NCBI GenBank assembly: GCA_001567275.1
Contig: LNBX01000040.1
Coordinates: forward strand, 7,169 to 71,168
From: Bacteroidetes bacterium OLB10
Lineage (GTDB): Bacteria > Bacteroidota > Bacteroidia > AKYH767-A > OLB10
DNA length: 64,000 nucleotides
Direction: 5' to 3'
Position numbers and translations under genes: made by a program
Notes under the pieces: model-generated
What the model was told of the DNA's origin: nothing
The model's database searches: none
Seen by the model: the letters and a program-made list of their open reading frames with translations, nothing else
Shown here: piece by piece, positions 58,730 to 64,000 of the stretch
How the letters are laid out: the number at the start of each line of letters is the position of its first letter
Numbering within the stretch: the stretch's first letter is position 1

Positions 58730-60028
58730 TTAACCTTCGAATTCTATCTCAGTATTCAGTTTTTGAGCAAGCAGCTTAAGCAAGTCAGCTTTAAGTGCAT
58801 CATTATTGATTTTTTCAATAACGTCACCTGCAAAAGCATAATTCAGCAAAGCGAGTGCATCTTTTTTGCCAATACCTCTTGAACGGAAATAGAAAAGTGC
58901 TTCTTCGTCCAGTTGGCCTGTGGTAGCACCGTGCGAACATTTTACATCATCGGCATAAATCTCCAGCTGAGGTTTTGCATTCATGACAGCCACATCGCTT
59001 AACAAAACATTTTTGCTGCTCTGAAATGCATTGGTTTTTTGTGCATCCTGACGAACAAATATTTTACCGTTGAAAATACCATGAGCATTGTCGTCAAGAA
59101 TGTTTTTATACAACTGAAAACTTTCGCAATGCGGGCTTGCATGATCCACCAGAGTGTGATTGTCAACAGTCTGATTTTTTCCTCCTACAGTAAGACCGTT
59201 CAGGTGAGCAGTGCCACCGGTTTCAGTGAGTGCAATATTCAGATTATTTCTGACCATTTTGCCTCCGATGGTTACAGTGGAAATATCGAAAACAGAATCA
59301 CGTTTCTGTTGTGCATACACATAATTTATCTGAAGTGCTTTTTCATTTTCATCCTGTTTTACATCATACTCTACAAAAGCATTTTCACCCACAAAAAATT
59401 CAGTTACGGAATTGGTAAGCGAAGTGAAATTATTCAGCGAATGGTAGGTTGCTATCAGCTGAACTTTGGAATTTTTTTCGGCAACAACCAGATTGCGGGG
59501 GTGCGCAGCTACGGCTTCTTGTCTTGAATCGTTGAAGTGCAGCAGGTGAATAGTTTGTTTAACCTCTTGTCCTGCTTTGATATGTATGAGCAAACCTCCG
59601 TGATGGAATGCGGTGTTGAGTGCAATAAACGGCTCATCGGTTTTGGCAAGTTTTCCAAACCAGTGCGCAGCAAGTTCTGATTCTACTGATTCAATGCTGA
59701 AGGTGTTATCCCGCTGTTGAGAAGATAATTCAGGACAATAAACACCATTGATAAAAACCAATGTGATGGCATCGGCACCTGCAACTTTATATTTTTCAAT
59801 ATCAGACAAAGTTAATTTGGTGCAGGCCGGGGCCTGATGGTTAAATGGTGTATTTTTCAGAACTGACAAATCAAGATATTTCCACTCTTCGTCTTTCAAT
59901 GACGGAAATCCTGACTTGTTGAAGGTATCAATGGCAAGTTTTCTTTCGGGAGTAAGTTTTTCCGAAGCTATATTTTCAAACGATATTTGTTGTTCTGTTT
60001 CTGAAATGGTTTCTGTAAGCGTATTCAC
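58730..60028 (-). CDS. sufD: Fe-S cluster assembly protein SufD
   Basis: 432 aa. Beta-helix SufB/D family member immediately downstream of sufC. Confidence 0.85.
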   Translation of the reverse strand: MNTLTETISETEQQISFENIASEKLTPERKLAIDTFNKSGFPSLKDEEWKYLDLSVLKNTPFNHQAPACTKLTLSDIEKYKVAGADAITLVFINGVYCPELSSQQRDNTFSIESVESELAAHWFGKLAKTDEPFIALNTAFHHGGLLIHIKAGQEVKQTIHLLHFNDSRQEAVAAHPRNLVVAEKNSKVQLIATYHSLNNFTSLTNSVTEFFVGENAFVEYDVKQDENEKALQINYVYAQQKRDSVFDISTVTIGGKMVRNNLNIALTETGGTAHLNGLTVGGKNQTVDNHTLVDHASPHCESFQLYKNILDDNAHGIFNGKIFVRQDAQKTNAFQSSKNVLLSDVAVMNAKPQLEIYADDVKCSHGATTGQLDEEALFYFRSRGIGKKDALALLNYAFAGDVIEKINNDALKADLLKLLAQKLNTEIEFEG

Positions 60029-60045
60029 GTCAGCAATTGTTTTTT

Positions 60046-60798
60046 TTAGATTTCTACTTCTTCCTTTATCCAGTCGTAACCTTTTTCTTCAAGTTCAAGA
60101 GCAAGTTCCTTGGTTCCGCTTTTTACAATACGGCCTTTGTAAAGCACATGAACAAAATCAGGAACGATATAATCCAGCAATCGCTGATAGTGTGTAATGA
60201 CAATGAAAGAGCGTTTGCCGTCACGCAGTGCATTTACACCATCGGCCACAATACGCAATGCATCAATGTCAAGTCCTGAGTCTGTTTCGTCAAGCACACC
60301 AAGTTCGGGTTCGAGCATTGCCATCTGAAAAATTTCATTTCTTTTCTTTTCACCTCCGCTGAATCCTTCATTCACACTGCGCTGTGTCATGGTTTTATCT
60401 ACCTGCACCAACTGCATTTTTTCACGCATCAGTTTCAAAAACTCTTTGGAGTCGAGTGGAGCAAGTCCTTTCGATTTGCGTACTTCATTCACTGCTGTTT
60501 TCATAAAATTGGCATTGCTCACGCCCGGAATTTCTATCGGATACTGAAATGCCAGAAATATTCCTTTGCGTGCGCGATCTTCAGGAGCCATCTCCAGTAT
60601 ATTTTCTCCATTAAAAATTACTTCTCCTTCAGTTACGTTATACTCTTCGCGACCTGCAAGTACCGATGCCAGCGTACTTTTTCCTGAACCATTTGGTCCC
60701 ATGATGGCATGCACTTCTCCGGGGTTGATTTCAAGATTCAGACCTTTCAGAATTTCCTTATCTTCAATGTTGGCTTTAAGATTTTTAATTGATAACAT
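60046..60798 (-). CDS. sufC: Fe-S cluster assembly ATPase SufC
   Basis: Walker [14 protein letters not shown] signature. 250 aa. Confidence 0.95.
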   Translation of the reverse strand: MLSIKNLKANIEDKEILKGLNLEINPGEVHAIMGPNGSGKSTLASVLAGREEYNVTEGEVIFNGENILEMAPEDRARKGIFLAFQYPIEIPGVSNANFMKTAVNEVRKSKGLAPLDSKEFLKLMREKMQLVQVDKTMTQRSVNEGFSGGEKKRNEIFQMAMLEPELGVLDETDSGLDIDALRIVADGVNALRDGKRSFIVITHYQRLLDYIVPDFVHVLYKGRIVKSGTKELALELEEKGYDWIKEEVEI

Positions 60799-60818
60799 TT
60801 CTTTTTTTTGATTTAAAA

Positions 60819-62264
60819 TTATCCGACACTTCCTTCTAAACTTACTGCAAGTAGTTTTTGTGCTTCTACTGCAAACTCCATTGGCAGCTGATTAAATACT
60901 TCGCGGCAATAGCCATTCACGATTAACCCAACAGCATCTTCAGTTGATATTCCTCTTTGGTTGCAATAAAATATCTGGTCTTCGCCCACTTTAGATGTAG
61001 TGGCTTCGTGCTCCACTTTTGCAGTAGGGTTCGAACATTCTATATAAGGGAATGTATGTGCACCGCATTTATCGCCAAGTAAAAGCGAATCACATTGCGA
61101 AAAATTTCTTGCGTTAAGAGCATTTTTTCCGATGCGTACCAAACCACGATAGCTGTTGTTGCTTTTGCCTCCGCTGATTCCTTTTGATACAATGGTGCTG
61201 CTGGTGTTTTTGCCGATGTGAATCATCTTGGTTCCTGTATCGGCCTGTTGCATATTGTTGGTTACTGCTACAGAGTAAAACTCACCAACAGAATGATCGC
61301 CTTTAAGAATTACACTTGGATATTTCCAGGTAATAGCACTTCCTGTTTCAACCTGTGTCCAGCTTATTTTGGCGCGTTCGCCTGCGCAAAGCCCTCTCTT
61401 GGTAACAAAGTTATATACTCCGCCTTTACCATTTTTATCTCCGGGATACCAGTTTTGTACGGTACTGTATTTTACCTGAGCATCTTTATGCGCATAAATC
61501 TCCACTACTGCAGCGTGTAGTTGATTTTCGTCACGCTGAGGTGCAGTACATCCTTCGAGGTAGCTTGCATAAGCACCTTCATCTGCAATAATCAGTGTAC
61601 GTTCAAACTGGCCGGTACCTGCTGAGTTGATGCGGAAGTAAGTACTCAATTCCATCGGACAACGAACACCTTTAGGTATATAACAAAAGGAGCCATCGCT
61701 GAAAACGGCACTGTTGAGTGCTGCATAATAATTATCAGTATAAGGCACTACACTGCCCATATATTTTTTTACAAGGTCGGGATGTTCGCGTACCGCTTCG
61801 CTGAAAGAGCAGAAAATAATTCCAAGTTTTGCTAATTCATCACGAAAAGTTGTTTTTACACTTACACTGTCAATTACAGCATCTACTGCCACTCCTGACA
61901 AACGTTTTTGCTCTTCGAGTGAAATACCCAACTTATCGAATGTGGCTTTCACTTCGGGGTCTAATTCATCCAGGCTGTTGAGTGTTTTTTTGGGTTTGGG
62001 AGCAGAGTAATAAATGATGTCCTGAAAATCAATTTCAGGATAACTGACGTGTGCCCAAGAGGGCTCTTCCATTTTTTTCCACTGATTGAATGCTTTGAGC
62101 CTAAAGTCGAGCATCCACTGAGGTTCATTTTTCTTGGCTGAAATAAACCGGATGATATCTTCATTCAAACCTTTAGGCGCAGTATCAGCTTCAATGTTGC
62201 TTACAAAGCCCCATTTATAATCGCTGCCGGTTACTTCGTCTATTATTTTTAAATCCTCACTCAC
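60819..62264 (-). CDS. sufB: Fe-S cluster assembly protein SufB
   Basis: 481 aa. Conserved SufB core (…[13 protein letters not shown]…). Confidence 0.95.
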   Translation of the reverse strand: MSEDLKIIDEVTGSDYKWGFVSNIEADTAPKGLNEDIIRFISAKKNEPQWMLDFRLKAFNQWKKMEEPSWAHVSYPEIDFQDIIYYSAPKPKKTLNSLDELDPEVKATFDKLGISLEEQKRLSGVAVDAVIDSVSVKTTFRDELAKLGIIFCSFSEAVREHPDLVKKYMGSVVPYTDNYYAALNSAVFSDGSFCYIPKGVRCPMELSTYFRINSAGTGQFERTLIIADEGAYASYLEGCTAPQRDENQLHAAVVEIYAHKDAQVKYSTVQNWYPGDKNGKGGVYNFVTKRGLCAGERAKISWTQVETGSAITWKYPSVILKGDHSVGEFYSVAVTNNMQQADTGTKMIHIGKNTSSTIVSKGISGGKSNNSYRGLVRIGKNALNARNFSQCDSLLLGDKCGAHTFPYIECSNPTAKVEHEATTSKVGEDQIFYCNQRGISTEDAVGLIVNGYCREVFNQLPMEFAVEAQKLLAVSLEGSVG

Positions 62265-62392
62265 TGTTCTTTATTTTATTTGGTTATTTAGAATATGTCT
62301 AAATTTAATATGTAGTCAAAAAAAATTTATCCCTTCCGGGTTTTATTTAGATGCTGGAAATATGTTTTTAATGTTTTCAATCAAATTTGATT

Positions 62393-62719
62393 TTATACTG
62401 CAAAACTCTCACCGCAGCCACAGGTACGCGATGCATTGGGGTTTCTGAAATGAAAACCTTTCCCATTCAGTCCATCAGTATAATCGAGTTCTGTGCCAAT
62501 GAGATAAAGAAATGATTTTTTATCACAAACTATTTTAATCCCTTTATCTTCAAAAACTTTGTCATCAGGTTTAATTACTGTATCAAATTCAAGCAGATAG
62601 GTCAACCCTGAACAACCTCCGCCATCCACCCCAACACGGATAAAAGCATCAGAGCCTTTGTTTTCGGCTTGCATCAAACTCAGTGCTTTGGTTTTAGCAG
62701 TTTCGGTAACGGTAATCAT
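62393..62719 (-). CDS. sufA: A-type Fe-S carrier (SufA/IscA/ErpA/HesB family)
   Basis: Cys-x(n)-Cys-Gly-Cys-Gly-x-S-F C-terminus (…TCGCGESFAV). First gene of the suf operon. Confidence 0.85.
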   Translation of the reverse strand: MITVTETAKTKALSLMQAENKGSDAFIRVGVDGGGCSGLTYLLEFDTVIKPDDKVFEDKGIKIVCDKKSFLYLIGTELDYTDGLNGKGFHFRNPNASRTCGCGESFAV

Positions 62720-63339
62720 AATCTCTTGTATGAATATTTGAAAATGAGGCTACAAAAATAGCGTATATATACAGACATTCAACAGAAATCACCATTAAAA
62801 GTTTGTAAAAAGATATTCTTTAAGTTGTTTTAGCCGGGTTTAGAAATTTCTGTATCAAAATGAATAAAAGCTGCCACAATACAGGAATATTGAGATTGAA
62901 AATTTAGCAAAATCCTAAAAAGATAATCAGAATATCCGGAATTTATTTGATATAAAATGTTGTAACAAAAATAAAGTACCACAAACTCAATATCTTAATT
63001 CAAAAAAACGGTTCTATGACAAAAAACAGTTGCAAAGCCATTGTTTAATTTAGAGTTTATTCTACATTTGAACCCGCTAAACAGAACATAATCCACGCTT
63101 TTTATTATTAGTGGACTTTTAAAATCAAATTAAAAACAAGGAGGTGTATTGAGAGAATATATCCTCCGGAATTCATTAACAAAACATGCTGATGACAGGA
63201 GGGGATATGTGCGTCTTATTGGTTTTTGCCACGAGACAACATGAGGATGGGCTTGTAATGCTAAAGAACAGTTCGTTTTAAATAAGCCGCTTTTCAAAGT
63301 AGAAAACAATTAAATTAAGTATTACTAAAAATCAAACGT

Positions 63340-64000
63340 ATGACAAACAAAAACAAGTCAAGAAAAGGATACTACTTAAAGTATCTGATGAGTTGTTTCG
63401 TAGCAATAATGCTATGGACAACGGGCGCACGGGCGCAAACGGTAACTATAGGAAATCCTGGTTCTTCTACCAGCACCTATTATATTCCGATTAATAACTT
63501 TTATAGTTATACTTATTCACAACAAATTATTCTGTCGTCAGAGATTGGTATGGATGGGAATATTACCAAAATCAAGTTCTACTGGCTTGGAGTAGGGGAC
63601 CTCAATAACGGACAGAACTGGACTGTTTATCTGGGTTATACTACTGCAAGTTCTTTTGCAAATTCAACTTCTTGGGTACCATTAGGCAGTTTAACGCAAG
63701 TGTTTTCTGGAACAGTTGCACAACCTTCAGGTGCAGGATATACTTGTGAAGTAACACTTACTACTCCATTTCTTTATGAGCAGGCAAACGGAAATTTGGT
63801 AATTGCCGTTGATGAAAATCAATCAGGTTATTCGAGTTCTACCAATGTGTTTAAAACTACTGCGGGTGCAAACCGTAGTATCTATTACAGGAGTGATGGA
63901 ACCAATCCTAATCCTGCAAGCCCACCCACAGGAACTCTTTATGGATATTATAACAATATGCAACTGGAGATGGTGTCAAATACGCCTTGTGCCGGTACTC
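63340..64000 (+). CDS. Partial (N-terminal) large secreted protein of unknown function; the gene runs off the window end
   Basis: ATG at ~63340. Signal peptide …YLMSCFVAIMLWTTGARAQ. Open frame to position 64000. A long AT-rich 5' leader precedes it. Confidence 0.45.
   Translation, partial: MTNKNKSRKGYYLKYLMSCFVAIMLWTTGARAQTVTIGNPGSSTSTYYIPINNFYSYTYSQQIILSSEIGMDGNITKIKFYWLGVGDLNNGQNWTVYLGYTTASSFANSTSWVPLGSLTQVFSGTVAQPSGAGYTCEVTLTTPFLYEQANGNLVIAVDENQSGYSSSTNVFKTTAGANRSIYYRSDGTNPNPASPPTGTLYGYYNNMQLEMVSNTPCAGT

Noticed and set aside
1-64000. Searched for CRISPR arrays (regular short direct repeats with unique spacers)
   Set aside because: No periodic repeat-spacer structure seen anywhere. The only local repeats are the two copies of a 24-nt hairpin (43874/44330) and the 20-mer pair (6739/7019), neither with CRISPR-like spacing.

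Overview
This 64 kb window looks like ordinary Bacteroidetes chromosome. The taxon call rests on the gldB/gldC gliding-motility genes, several proteins carrying type IX secretion (T9SS) C-terminal sorting domains, a sigma-54 system and the absence of Shine-Dalgarno-type signals. Gene density is high on both strands and the content is mostly housekeeping: engB; a TonB-dependent receptor; gldC and gldB separated by a two-component system; acnA; an acyl-CoA synthetase; a tetR-tolC-MFP-RND efflux operon; feoAB; panC; a CcoI-like Cu P-type ATPase; an MBL-rhodanese fusion; the yceD-rpmF-plsX-fabH block; a polyprenyl synthase; rfbA plus an epimerase; an NtrC-type activator; recJ; kdsB; an S9 peptidase; rpoN; a DUF349 repeat protein; and the sufABCD operon. 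I found no CRISPR array, transposase, integrase or recognisable defence or toxin-antitoxin cassette, so there is no clear mobile island and I cannot point to an obviously novel multi-gene system. The most unusual local features are listed here. (1) A lone radical-SAM/SPASM enzyme sits next to an ~780-bp non-coding region dense with GC-rich hairpins, immediately upstream of a tRNA-Gln(UUG). (2) rpoN and a NarL-type response regulator are each broken by a +/-1 frameshift in a poly-A run, with a third candidate at 36.3 kb; this may reflect homopolymer sequencing errors rather than biology. (3) An 18/20-identical 20-mer flanks an orphan 65-aa LuxR-type HTH gene. (4) gldB and gldC are split by a sensor kinase/response regulator pair. 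I derived coordinates for starts, hairpins and the tRNA by eye, so they may be off by one or two bases. The many short antisense ORFs in the supplied ORF track inside the large genes are treated as spurious.
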